This document shows, piece by piece, positions 29,207 to 38,966 of a DNA stretch of 64,000 nucleotides. The notes beneath the pieces are model-generated. The model had not been told where the DNA came from. It saw only the letters and a program-made list of their open reading frames with translations, and searched no databases. Source of the stretch: an uncultured Trueperaceae bacterium (GTDB lineage: Bacteria; Deinococcota; Deinococci; Deinococcales; Trueperaceae). Each line of letters starts with the position of its first letter. The stretch's first letter is position 1. The stretch spans positions 96,001 through 160,000 of the forward strand of contig CAWCXJ010000013.1 in the NCBI GenBank assembly GCA_963799485.1, given 5' to 3'. The position numbers and the translations under genes were made by a program.

Positions 29207-31543
29207 CTACCGCACTCCATCCGCTACCAACTCGGCAGAACCCGTAAGCATAAAGCGCACGACCTCCGCAGCGCTCAAGGGTTCGGCAAAGAGGTAACCC
29301 TGCCCGAACTCGCAACCGAGCGCCCGGAGCTGCTCGAGCTGCGCCGCCGTCTCGACCCCTTCGGCGGTGACTTTGAGGTTTAGTGAGCGCGCCAGAGCGA
29401 CGATGGTACGCACTAGCTCGGTACTCTCGGTACTCTCCGCCATCCGCTGCACGAACGAGCGGTCGATTTTAAGGACGTTTAGGGGAAAGTTTTGCAGATA
29501 TGAGAGTGACGAGTAACCGGTGCCGAAGTCGTCGATGTGAAGCTGCACACCCAGGGTATGAAGCTGCTCCAAGGTCTCTTTGACCGTCTCCGAGTAGGTA
29601 ATCAGGACACTTTCGGTCAGCTCGAGCTTCAAAGACTCGGGTCTGAACCCGGTTTGCCGCAAGGTCTGGGCCACCCGCGCCGCTAGGTCGGGCCGGGCGA
29701 AACCTTGGCCTGAGAGGTTGACGCTTAAAGTCAGCGGCGGGTCTGCGGGAAACGCGCCCTGCCACGCGAGCAGCTGCGTACACGCTTCACGTAAAACCCA
29801 AAGGTCGACGTCGGCGACCAGCCCCAGCTCTTCGGCTAGCGGCATAAATGCCTGCGGCGAAACGAGACCGTGAACCGGGTGCTGCCAGCGCACGAGCGCC
29901 TCAAATCCGATAGGCTGCCCTGTCTCGACGGAGGTGATGGGCTGATAATGCACCGCAAATTCACGCCGCTCAAGCGCGCCGCGCAGGTCGGTCTCGAGCG
30001 CCATGAGCGTCACGGCGTGTTCGCGCAGTTCGGCGGTAAAGATCTGATAGCCCGCTTTGCCGAGCGCCTTGGCGCGGTACATAGCGAGGTCGGCGTCGCG
30101 CAGGACGTCTTCGGGCCGGTCGTATCCTGCTGCTGACGGGACGATACCGATACTGACCGTGATCGGTATTTGTTTATCCGAAAGCGAAAAGGGACGTTTA
30201 AGGACGTTTTGAATACGTTCGGCAGTCCGGGCAGCGGCTTCGATGCTCGCATCCTCGAGCAAAATCGTAAACTCGTCGCCGCCAAGCCTTGCGACTGTAT
30301 CAGCAGGCCTCACGCACCCCTTGAGGCGTTCACCGAGGGCGATCAGGAGCGCGTCACCGGCGGCGTGACCGAGCGAATCGTTGATGACCTTGAAACGGTC
30401 GAAGTCGAGAAACAAGACCGCAAAGCCCCCCTCGAGGCGGCGGTTAAAGCGTTCTATGGCCTGCCCCAAACGGTCTTTGAACAACGCCCGGTTGGGTAGA
30501 CCCGTCAGCGCGTCGTGAAAGGCGTCGTGTTGCAGCTGTTCGTTGGCCTGTTCAAGCCACCCTTTGGCCTCTTCAAGTTCTTTGGTCCGCGCCTCGACCC
30601 GCAGCTCGAGGTCGTCGTGGGCGCGCCGCAGTTCGTGCTGCGCCTCGGTAAGAACCGTCACGTCTTGACCGTAACCGAGCATCATCTGAAACTCGCCCTG
30701 CGCGCCGTACACCGGGCTCAGGTTGCGCCAGTGATACTTGACTCCGGCAGGGGTGTGAAAAACCTCTTCCCACTGCACCTGCTCCCGCTCTGCAAGGGCC
30801 CGCTGGAAGTGTTCGCGTCTTTTGTCTGCTACAGACGGCTCGAGACCCCGGTAGGCGCAGTACTCAAAATCGTCTTTGCCGATCATCCACTCTCGGAGCG
30901 CAGGGTCTTTTATAGCGGTCGGGTTGAGAAAACGGTAGCGGTGGTCGGCGTCGAACACGACGATCTCGACGGGTACGCTGTTTAAGATATATTGATAATA
31001 CGCCGACTGTTCGGCTAACTCGGCCTCGATCTGTAGGCGGCTCGTGACGTCAGTGTTGGCAAAAATATAGCCGACGACCGCGCCGTTTTCATCCAGGTAC
31101 GGATAGAGCCTCGAGGTCGTGCGTTTGGCTGCGCCGTTCCGGGCGCGGTAGCGAAGCTCTATATCGCTAAACCCTTCGCCCTGTTCGACATAGGACAAGA
31201 GTGGTTCGACAAAGCTCGCCGAGGTGACCTCGAGCAGTTCGCTGTAATTTTGTCCGATCACCTCAGCGCCGTAACCGAAATCCTTTTCACACGCCCGGTT
31301 ACACGCCAGAATACGCCCCTCCAGATCTATTAAAAAGACTGCGTTCGGAGAGATTTCAACCGCCTGCTTGTACCAGTCGTCCGGCGGTGTGAGGTCCGCA
31401 CCTGGCTCGGCGTTCGGCTTAGGTTCGGACGTGTCCCGGCTCAGCTCAGCGACCAGGGTTTGCCACATGTCCGGGCTAGGGGGTGTTTCGGGATCAAGAC
31501 CGAGACGCTCGAGCAGAGATAAAAAAGAACGTGCAGCTGACAT
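29207..31543 (-). CDS. PAS-PAS-GGDEF-EAL c-di-GMP signalling protein
   Basis: HDALTGLPNR, ARLGGDEF, GFEALVRW, IDDFGTGYSSL, LKIDRSF, all intact. Confidence 0.96.
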   Translation of the reverse strand: MSAARSFLSLLERLGLDPETPPSPDMWQTLVAELSRDTSEPKPNAEPGADLTPPDDWYKQAVEISPNAVFLIDLEGRILACNRACEKDFGYGAEVIGQNYSELLEVTSASFVEPLLSYVEQGEGFSDIELRYRARNGAAKRTTSRLYPYLDENGAVVGYIFANTDVTSRLQIEAELAEQSAYYQYILNSVPVEIVVFDADHRYRFLNPTAIKDPALREWMIGKDDFEYCAYRGLEPSVADKRREHFQRALAEREQVQWEEVFHTPAGVKYHWRNLSPVYGAQGEFQMMLGYGQDVTVLTEAQHELRRAHDDLELRVEARTKELEEAKGWLEQANEQLQHDAFHDALTGLPNRALFKDRLGQAIERFNRRLEGGFAVLFLDFDRFKVINDSLGHAAGDALLIALGERLKGCVRPADTVARLGGDEFTILLEDASIEAAARTAERIQNVLKRPFSLSDKQIPITVSIGIVPSAAGYDRPEDVLRDADLAMYRAKALGKAGYQIFTAELREHAVTLMALETDLRGALERREFAVHYQPITSVETGQPIGFEALVRWQHPVHGLVSPQAFMPLAEELGLVADVDLWVLREACTQLLAWQGAFPADPPLTLSVNLSGQGFARPDLAARVAQTLRQTGFRPESLKLELTESVLITYSETVKETLEQLHTLGVQLHIDDFGTGYSSLSYLQNFPLNVLKIDRSFVQRMAESTESTELVRTIVALARSLNLKVTAEGVETAAQLEQLRALGCEFGQGYLFAEPLSAAEVVRFMLTGSAELVADGVR

Positions 31544-32247
31544 GCCCAGCAGCTTAGCAGCGCAAATATCACAAAAGCCTTACAAACGTGCGTTCTTTGT
31601 AGTCTTCATGAGTTTCTTGACACCTACGTCGGCGTAGATAGTGAATTGCCCTTGCAGGTTACGCCAGTGTGCAACCGTCCGAGCGTGCTACCCAGTGCTG
31701 AGCGTTTGGTCTCACCGGGTTGGTACATTTTTCAAGTAGCTGCTTTCAAATATCTGCTTGTCTATATTGGTTTTACGCTCGTCGTTTTAGTGCAAGGTAA
31801 AAATGTTGTGCGCGTAGGAAAAACCCCTAAACGCTGCTCGAGTGGATGGTGCGCGCGGTATCAGGTAGTACACCGCTGAGCCAATATCTTCCAGATCAGC
31901 CCAGAACGGCGTTTGCTAACGAGCTGTAGCGGGTCAGAGCCCGGTAAAGCTTTTTACGGCGCTGCGTTGGCGGGTACAGCAGACCTAAAGCACATCTGCC
32001 AATTTTGAGTCGTAAGATTTTGAGCAAGGTTTTCAGCAACAAGGTTTTCAAAAGGAATAGATTTTGCTAAAACTCGAGCACTGAACCAAATGATGTTGGC
32101 TCTAAAAACGCTAAACCCGCAAACGCTGAACCTGCACGTTCTGAGCCTGTAGTCGTCGCTGCCAAACGTAACTAAGCCGATAACTTTACGCGATTTTTCC
32201 GGTTTGTAAGCTTTTGGCCTGTAATTTTTGACCCTTAAGGCGCGCCC

Positions 32248-32769
32248 ATGCTCAATCCCTTTTCGTCTTATACCTTGCTGCTCGAGGACTGGCTGAGCGC
32301 CGCGGTCAACTAGCTTGCCGCCAACTTTCGCCCGCAGTTCCAGGCGCTCAAGTGGCCTGTCGAAGTGGTACGCGAGCTGCTCGACACGCGCTTCAGGCGA
32401 CGCCGCCCCTCATCTTTTTAGCGCTGATCTTCGCGCTGGCGTGGTGGCTGGCGCGTCGCAGCGTTCAGCCGCGTCGCACTGACCTTCGTCGGCTCTTCGG
32501 GACTCGAGGGCGCGGTCAGCGACCCACTTAAAATCGGCTTTCCGGCCAACGACCTTCAGGTCGTCGCCAATAATGAATTCTCAAGCGCAAATCCGGCTGC
32601 TGCCAAACTCTTTGAACGCGTCTCGGTGCCGCTCGAGGATGTGGCTGAAATGACCGCCCAGATCAACGACAATGACGAAGACGTTCAGACGATGGTCGAA
32701 GGCTGGTTGAGCGATCACCAGAGCAAAGTAGACAACTGGTTGGAAGAAGCAGAGGCCACCGCGTCATAA
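32248..32769 (+). pseudogene. Glycine betaine/proline ABC transporter remnant: proW 5' part fused to proX 3' part
   Basis: MLNPFSSYTLLLEDWLSAAVN*LAANFRPQFQALKWPV (ProW-like, TAG 32311, frameshift) joined near 32500 to GFPANDLQVVAN..NPAAAKLF..GWLSDHQ..DNWL (ProX-like). Confidence 0.85.
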
Positions 32770-32795
32770 CGTAAACTTTTAAGCTCTACCGGTAC

Positions 32796-32830
32796 CAGCT
32801 CGTAGCATTGGTGCTACGAGCTGAAATTTT
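32796..32830. terminator. Intrinsic terminator hairpin
   Basis: CAGCTCGTAGCA-ttgg-TGCTACGAGCTG 12-bp stem followed by AAATTTTT. Confidence 0.7.
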
Positions 32831-32887
32831 TATGGCTTCTACCGTTAAGGTAGGTGTTCTGTGCAGGACGAAAGATTAAATAACAGT

Positions 32888-33379
32888 TTAACCGAGCAAC
32901 GATTTGGGCATCACAACCGAAGTGTTATCTTCACGAACCGGCTCGAACCCCAACTTTGTGTACAAGTTGACCGCTGGGTTGCCTTTAGTGACACTTAAAG
33001 AAATGGCGCTGTAGCTCGGCTTAGCGTCACTGAAAAGTTGCTTGAGCAACCTTGTTACGATACCCTGTCCGCGATAATCCGGCAGTACTGCAATTCCGAC
33101 TTCCGGCGTCTTATCGTCTACGTATCCGTAGCCTTTTTGTGAACCCGTCAGTAGCCTGAGCCAAACTGCGCCTACAGATAAACCGCTGTCTAAATCGGCA
33201 GCAGTAAGCGCAATGTCACCTGGCTTCCCCCATTTGGCTATATATTTGGCAAGTTCAGGACGTTCTATAACCTCTCTGGCAAAAGGTTTGTGACCTTCAG
33301 GAACGTAAAGTGACCTGTAGAGCATGTCCTCCAGAAATACTTGGTCTCTTGGCGAAGCTTTGCGGATATGAACATTCAC
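32888..33379 (-). CDS. GNAT family N-acetyltransferase
   Basis: GYGYVDDKTPEVGIAVLPDYRGQGI, ISLSV..GNPAVNLY..LGF; lower GC than flanks. Confidence 0.9.
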   Translation of the reverse strand: MNVHIRKASPRDQVFLEDMLYRSLYVPEGHKPFAREVIERPELAKYIAKWGKPGDIALTAADLDSGLSVGAVWLRLLTGSQKGYGYVDDKTPEVGIAVLPDYRGQGIVTRLLKQLFSDAKPSYSAISLSVTKGNPAVNLYTKLGFEPVREDNTSVVMPKSLLG

Positions 33380-33451
33380 CGAAACACAAGCCCTTTTGGA
33401 AAAGTTAATGCCGCCTGTCAAGACAGAAGCATTAAGCTTAATAACTTAAAA

Positions 33452-34126
33452 CTAGCCCATAAAAACAAGGTGCTTACCAAACTCCAAATGCTTTTCCAGA
33501 TACCGCGCCGACCGGTCGCCATCGCTTTCACCGAGCAGTTTGAGGAGCGTTTCATGCTCCAAGCTGTTCTGCTGTACCCGCTGAAAAAACCGGTCGTCGC
33601 GGTAGAGTTTGTGAACCGTGCGGAACAAAATATCGTGATGCCACCACAAGGCCCGTAAAATCTCCTCGTTGCCCCACAAGCGGCACAAAGTCAGGTGAAA
33701 CCCCAAGTCGCTCGAGGCCGCTAACGTCACATCGCCGGTCTCGAGGGCGTGTTCGTGTTCACGCAGTTTTGCTTTTAGTTGTGCGCGCCCTTCAGCGCTC
33801 AGCGTGCCGGTCAGCCGCCGAACAACAAATGTTTCCAACGCAATTCGCAGGTCGAAGTGGTTGCGAATCTCTTCAGCGGAGAGTGCCCGCACGACGACGC
33901 CCTGTTGCGGCGACACGCTGACAAAGCCTTCGTTCTCGAGCCGTTCTATCGCCGAGCGCACCGGTGTTTTGCTCATGCCTAACTTTTCTGCGAGCGTCCG
34001 TTCGGACAGAAAGCTCCCCGGCGGAAACGCCTCGCCTAGGATCAGCGTTTTTAGCTCCTCGTAAGCGCGGTCTTTTAAGAAAACGCGGGCACTGTCTGAA
34101 GGTGAAACACCTAATGGGGACGCCAT
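33452..34126 (-). CDS. GntR family regulator (FCD domain)
   Basis: LSERTLAEKLGMSKTPVRSA HTH; DLGFH, EHE, HL in FCD. Confidence 0.93.
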   Translation of the reverse strand: MASPLGVSPSDSARVFLKDRAYEELKTLILGEAFPPGSFLSERTLAEKLGMSKTPVRSAIERLENEGFVSVSPQQGVVVRALSAEEIRNHFDLRIALETFVVRRLTGTLSAEGRAQLKAKLREHEHALETGDVTLAASSDLGFHLTLCRLWGNEEILRALWWHHDILFRTVHKLYRDDRFFQRVQQNSLEHETLLKLLGESDGDRSARYLEKHLEFGKHLVFMG

Positions 34127-34205
34127 CTAGCTTCTCAACCTATCAGTTCGGGCATAAAACGGCCTCGGCGTTACGAACTTGTGTGACCCTGACATGTTCC
34201 TATTA

Positions 34206-34251
34206 TTGACAGATGTCACGCTGAGTTGCTAGTATCTCACTGGTATACCAG
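34206..34251 (+). promoter_or_regulatory. Sigma70-type promoter and GntR/FadR-type operator
   Basis: TTGACA (34206) / TAGTAT (34230) followed by the perfect palindrome CTGGTATACCAG (34240-34251). Confidence 0.7.
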
Positions 34252-34271
34252 CAACCAAATAGGAGGTAAAG

Positions 34272-35477
34272 ATGAAGCGGTTCGGCGTCGTACTTACTTT
34301 TTTAGCGGTTTTGGGCGTTGCCCCTGTCAGTATCGGGGTAGCCCAAGACACCCTGCCCATCGGGGTGATTACCAGCATCACCGGGCGCTACGCGGAGTTC
34401 GGCGAACAACACCAGGCCGGGTTCGCCGTTGCGTTAGACGAGATCAACGCCAGCGGAGGGGTGAACGGGCAGCAGCTCGAGCTCGTCCTCCGCGACGACA
34501 CCTCGGACGTCAACGCGGCGCTCTCCGCCGCCGAAGGTCTGACCCGTGAAGTGCCACTCGTGCTCGGCGCGTACTCGTCTTCGATTACGAACCCGCTGGC
34601 GCAGTTTTTCTCTCGGCAGGGCTTTCCGTTTCTGGTCTACACCTCGTCCGAAGACGCGATTACGAACCCCGGTTCCGAATGGACGTTTCGCCTCAACCAG
34701 CCCGCATCGGCCTACGCGACGGTGCTTTTCGACATCTTCGACCAGCTTAACAGTGCCCAAGACGCCGGACTCTCGACGATTGCCCTGATTCACGGCAACG
34801 GCCCCTTCGAGTCGTCCGTTGCCGACGCGGTGGTGCGGCTCTCAGAAGAACGCGGTTTTGAACTGACCGAACAAGAGAGCTACGACCGCGGCGTCACCGA
34901 CTTCCGCCCGATCTTGAACCGCTTCGCCTCAGACGACCCCGACATCGTGTTTATGGTCTCTTACGCCGAAGATTCGGTCGGGCTTTTACGGCAAGCAAGC
35001 GAGGTCGGCTTAAACCCTAAGATTTTCGCGGGCGGCGCAGCCGGGTTTGCGCTCCCCAACTTTATCGAGGGCGCGGGCGCAGCGGCGAACTACGTGGTCA
35101 CGGCTACGACCTGGACCAAAGACGCGGCCTATCCGGGGGCAGCGGACCTCTACACGCGGCTTAAAGAGCAGTTGGGCGGCACCGAACCCTCGTATCACGC
35201 GGCCCAGGCTTACGCTGCGCTGATTACCGCCGCCGACGTGCTGAGCCGCGCCGAAGACATGAGCCCCGAGGCGGTGCAAGCGGCGCTCGACGCCACCGAC
35301 ATCACCGAGACCGCCTATGGCCCCATCAAATTTGATAGTTACGACGGTTTTCAAAACCAGAATCCCTTGTCGATGCTCGCGCAGCAGGTTCAGGACGGCG
35401 CGTTTGTGACGGTGTTTCCAGAGGCTTCTGCCCAGGCCGACCTCGCGTTTCCGACGCCCGCTTGGAACGAACGCTAA
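34272..35477 (+). CDS. Branched-chain amino acid-type ABC transporter substrate-binding protein
   Basis: Signal peptide; INASGGVNG..LELVLRDD, GAYSS, DFRPIL. Confidence 0.92.
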   Translation: MKRFGVVLTFLAVLGVAPVSIGVAQDTLPIGVITSITGRYAEFGEQHQAGFAVALDEINASGGVNGQQLELVLRDDTSDVNAALSAAEGLTREVPLVLGAYSSSITNPLAQFFSRQGFPFLVYTSSEDAITNPGSEWTFRLNQPASAYATVLFDIFDQLNSAQDAGLSTIALIHGNGPFESSVADAVVRLSEERGFELTEQESYDRGVTDFRPILNRFASDDPDIVFMVSYAEDSVGLLRQASEVGLNPKIFAGGAAGFALPNFIEGAGAAANYVVTATTWTKDAAYPGAADLYTRLKEQLGGTEPSYHAAQAYAALITAADVLSRAEDMSPEAVQAALDATDITETAYGPIKFDSYDGFQNQNPLSMLAQQVQDGAFVTVFPEASAQADLAFPTPAWNER

Positions 35478-35523
35478 ACGGCTCCGGTGGTCTTGACCAG
35501 CTTGTAAGGCCACCACCTAACCT

Positions 35524-36408
35524 ATGGAACCCTTTTACGGCTTTTTACAAAACCTTTCCGGCGGGCTTTTAATCGGCGGCGTGTACGCGCTTTTGGGAAT
35601 CGGCTTGTCGCTTATTTTCGGCGTGATGCGGGTGATCAACTTTGCTCACGGTGATTTTGTCGTCGTCGGGATGTACACCGCCATCGTGATGTACGCGCAG
35701 CTCGGTTGGGACCCGCTCTTGAGTCTCGTCGTGGCGCTGCCGCTCGGGTTTTTGCTGGGGGTGGGGCTCGAGCGCCTCATCTTAAGCCGCCTTATAGACG
35801 CGCCCGAAGGCAGCACCCTCCTGGCGACTTTAGGGCTGTCACTCGTTATTCAAAATATCTTGCTGCTCACCTTTGGCGCGTCGCCGCGCTCATTAAACGT
35901 TTCTTACGGCACCGCCACCATCTCCCTCGGCCCCATCACCCTCTCTTTGGTCCAACTCGTCGCGGGCGGGGTCGTGCTCTTGGTGATCATCGGCCTCTAC
36001 TTGTTTCTGACCTATACCGAACAGGGTCAGGCGGTGCGGGCGACCTCGCAAAACCGCCTTGGGGCCGAGCTGGTCGGCATCAACACGCGGGCCATCTATA
36101 GCCTCGTGTTCGGCGTCGGGGTCGCGCTGTCGGTCGCTGCCGGGATTATCTTGATTCCCCAACTCTTTGTGACGCCGGTCATCACCGGGCCGGTCTTCAC
36201 CTTAAAGGCGTTTGTCGTCACGGTATTAGGCGGTCTCGGCAACGTCTGGGGAGCCATCGGCGGAGGTTTGCTGCTCGGCGTGGTCGAGGTTCTGGGCGCG
36301 TCGTATATCTCGTTCGATTACCGCGACGCTTACGGTCTGATTGCCTTTCTGCTGATTTTGCTCCTGCGCCCCGAAGGGTTGTTCGGCCGGTCGGTCAAAC
36401 GCGTATGA
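35524..36408 (+). CDS. livH: LivH-type ABC permease
   Basis: GLSLIFGVMRVINFAHG, LKAFVVTVLGGLG, RPEGLFG. Confidence 0.92.
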   Translation: MEPFYGFLQNLSGGLLIGGVYALLGIGLSLIFGVMRVINFAHGDFVVVGMYTAIVMYAQLGWDPLLSLVVALPLGFLLGVGLERLILSRLIDAPEGSTLLATLGLSLVIQNILLLTFGASPRSLNVSYGTATISLGPITLSLVQLVAGGVVLLVIIGLYLFLTYTEQGQAVRATSQNRLGAELVGINTRAIYSLVFGVGVALSVAAGIILIPQLFVTPVITGPVFTLKAFVVTVLGGLGNVWGAIGGGLLLGVVEVLGASYISFDYRDAYGLIAFLLILLLRPEGLFGRSVKRV

Positions 36409-37364
36409 GGCGCTGGGCGGTTCCGCTCTCGCAGCTCACACTCTTTCTTGGTGTCGGGCTGCTCCTCCCGCTCTGGTCGGGGACGAACTTCAGCTTGATG
36501 ATTACGCTCCTGCTCTTTGTCGGGCTGGCAACGTCGTGGGATATTTTAGGCGGTTGGACGGGGCAAACGAGCCTCGGTCACGCGGCGTTTGTCGGGATTG
36601 GGGCGTATGGGCTGGCGCTCGGGACGGGTAAACTCGGGCTGGACGCAATTTCGGCGCTCGAGTTGGGTCTCGTCGTTGCCGCCGTCTTTGCCCTGCTCTG
36701 GGGTTCCCTAACATTCGGTTTGCGCGGGTCGTACTTTACGCTCTCGACGATTGCCATTGCTGAAATTTTACGGCTCGTGGCGATCAACGAAGCGTGGTTT
36801 ACGGGCGGGTCGGCGGGGCTCTTTATTTCGGAACTGCCCGAGCCCTTCGGCTTGGACCTGTTCAGCCGCCAGGTTGAATACTACCTCGCGCTCGTCTACG
36901 CGGCGGGGGTGATCGCGTGTGTGATGTGGCTTTCCGGGAGCCGTTTTGGATACGCGATGCGCGCGGTGCGTGAAGACGAGGCGGCGGCGCAAGCCGCGGG
37001 CATCAACCCGGTGCGGGTCAAACTCCGCGCCTTCGCGCTTTCAGGTGCGCTCACCGCGTTGGGCGGCGGGATTTACGGGGCGTATTTGTCGTTTCTAGAC
37101 CCGCACAATCTATTTTTTCTGCCGCTCTCGGTGCAGATTGCCTTGACCGCGATTATCGGCGGGCGCGGGACGGTCTGGGGGCCAGCACTAGGTGCGGCGC
37201 TCCTCATTTTGGCCGCCGAAGTGTTTCGCAGCGTGTTTGCCGAGGCGAACTTGCTGATTTACGGTTTGCTGATTCTGGTCGTCATCTTATTCGTCCCGCG
37301 TGGACTTATCGGCGAGTTATCGCGTTATTTGCGGCGGAGGCGTTATGCTCGAGAACAGCGCTAG
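36405..37364 (+). CDS. livM: LivM-type ABC permease
   Basis: [32 protein letters not shown]. Confidence 0.92.
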   Translation: MRRWAVPLSQLTLFLGVGLLLPLWSGTNFSLMITLLLFVGLATSWDILGGWTGQTSLGHAAFVGIGAYGLALGTGKLGLDAISALELGLVVAAVFALLWGSLTFGLRGSYFTLSTIAIAEILRLVAINEAWFTGGSAGLFISELPEPFGLDLFSRQVEYYLALVYAAGVIACVMWLSGSRFGYAMRAVREDEAAAQAAGINPVRVKLRAFALSGALTALGGGIYGAYLSFLDPHNLFFLPLSVQIALTAIIGGRGTVWGPALGAALLILAAEVFRSVFAEANLLIYGLLILVVILFVPRGLIGELSRYLRRRRYAREQR

Positions 37365-38088
37365 AGAGAGCGTTTTGCGCGCCGAAGGTGTCACGGTGCG
37401 GTTCGGCGGGCTTACGGCAGTTGACGACGTGTCGCTGGATCTAAGCCGGGGCAAGATTTTGGGTTTAATCGGGCCCAACGGCGCAGGCAAAACCACCCTG
37501 TTCAACGCGCTGACTGGCTACGCGCCGCTGAGCGGCGGGCGCGTCACGTATCTGGGCCGCGACATCACCCGCACATCACCGTTTGAACGCACCCGCAAGG
37601 GGATGGGCCGCACCTTTCAGATCGAACGCCCGTTTGAAGGCTTGAGCGTGCTCGAGAACGTCCTGATTCCCGCATTTTTACGCTTCCCGGCTCGCAGCGA
37701 CGCCGAACTGTGGGCCGAAGAGTGCTTGACCCGCGTGGGCCTGATTGACCGCCGCAATCAGCTCTCGGCAGAACTGAACCTAGCGCGGCGCAGACGCTTA
37801 GAACTCGCTAAAGCCTTAGCCGTAAAACCGCGCGTTTTATTCCTAGACGAGCTGATGGCGGGCCTTAACCCACCTGCGCTGGCTGAAATGATCGAATTCG
37901 TCCTCAGCCTGACGCAAGACGGCACCGCCATCTTGATGGTCGAACACATTATGCAGGCCGTCGTCGAACTCTCAGACCATATTGTCGTGCTGGCGTTCGG
38001 CAAAAAGATTGCCGAGGGTACGCCGGAGGTCGTGACGAACAACCCGCTGGTGATCGAGGCGTATCTGGGAGGCGTAGACGATGACTGA
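37345..38088 (+). CDS. livG: LivG-type ABC ATP-binding protein
   Basis: [24 protein letters not shown]. Confidence 0.92.
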   Translation: MLENSARESVLRAEGVTVRFGGLTAVDDVSLDLSRGKILGLIGPNGAGKTTLFNALTGYAPLSGGRVTYLGRDITRTSPFERTRKGMGRTFQIERPFEGLSVLENVLIPAFLRFPARSDAELWAEECLTRVGLIDRRNQLSAELNLARRRRLELAKALAVKPRVLFLDELMAGLNPPALAEMIEFVLSLTQDGTAILMVEHIMQAVVELSDHIVVLAFGKKIAEGTPEVVTNNPLVIEAYLGGVDDD

Positions 38089-38836
38089 GGTGCGCGTGAA
38101 CACAGTAGACCCGGTAGAGAAACGCGAACCGGTTTTACAAGTCGAAAACGTCGATTTGGGTTACGACGAACTGTTGGTCGTGATGGGCGTGAGCTTGACC
38201 ATCCATCAGGGCGAATTAGTCGGGCTCGTCGGCGGCAACGGCAGCGGCAAATCGACCATTTTACGGGCTGTTTCGGGGATGATTCAGCCTCGTGCCGGAC
38301 GTATTCTCTTTGCAGGTCAAGAGGTCCGCAAACGCAGCCCGCACCAGATGGCAGAGCTTGGTATCGCACACGTCCCGATGGGACGGCAGCTGTTTCCCAA
38401 CATGACGGTTGCCCAAAACCTCGCGCTCGGCGCGTACCTGCCGGAACCGCGCCGGAACCGCACCGAAAGTCTGGGGCACGTCTATGAACTCTTCCCCGAT
38501 CTGCACGACAAACGCAAAATCATGGCGGGTAACCTTTCGGGTGGGCAGCAGCAGATGATTGCCATCGGGCGGGCGCTGATGCTCCGGCCCAAAATGCTCA
38601 TCATGGACGAGCCCTCGCTAGGGCTTGCGCCGCGCCTCGTCAAAGAGGTGATGCAGGCCATTCGCCGCGTGTCGCAGACCGGCCTGCCGATTTTACTGGT
38701 TGAACAAAACGTCAAACAGGTGTTGCAAATTTCCGACCGGACGTATGTGCTCGAGAACGGCAAACTCGTAATCGAGGGGCCGTCGGGAGAGCTTATGGGC
38801 AACGAAAAGATCAAGCGGGCGTATCTAGGGCTTTAG
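38081..38836 (+). CDS. livF: LivF-type ABC ATP-binding protein
   Basis: GGNGSGKST, LSGGQQQM, DEPSLGLAP, LVEQN. Confidence 0.93.
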   Translation: MTEVRVNTVDPVEKREPVLQVENVDLGYDELLVVMGVSLTIHQGELVGLVGGNGSGKSTILRAVSGMIQPRAGRILFAGQEVRKRSPHQMAELGIAHVPMGRQLFPNMTVAQNLALGAYLPEPRRNRTESLGHVYELFPDLHDKRKIMAGNLSGGQQQMIAIGRALMLRPKMLIMDEPSLGLAPRLVKEVMQAIRRVSQTGLPILLVEQNVKQVLQISDRTYVLENGKLVIEGPSGELMGNEKIKRAYLGL

Positions 38837-38966
38837 ACTTGGTTCTGACCGTTGGACAAAGAGGCTCGAGCTAAAACTCGGGCCTTTACTCAACTCTCCA
38901 CCCGGCTTGTGGCCTTAAAACGTGCTATCCAACCCCTGATCTAAAGATCGGGTTGAGGGTTTGCAG

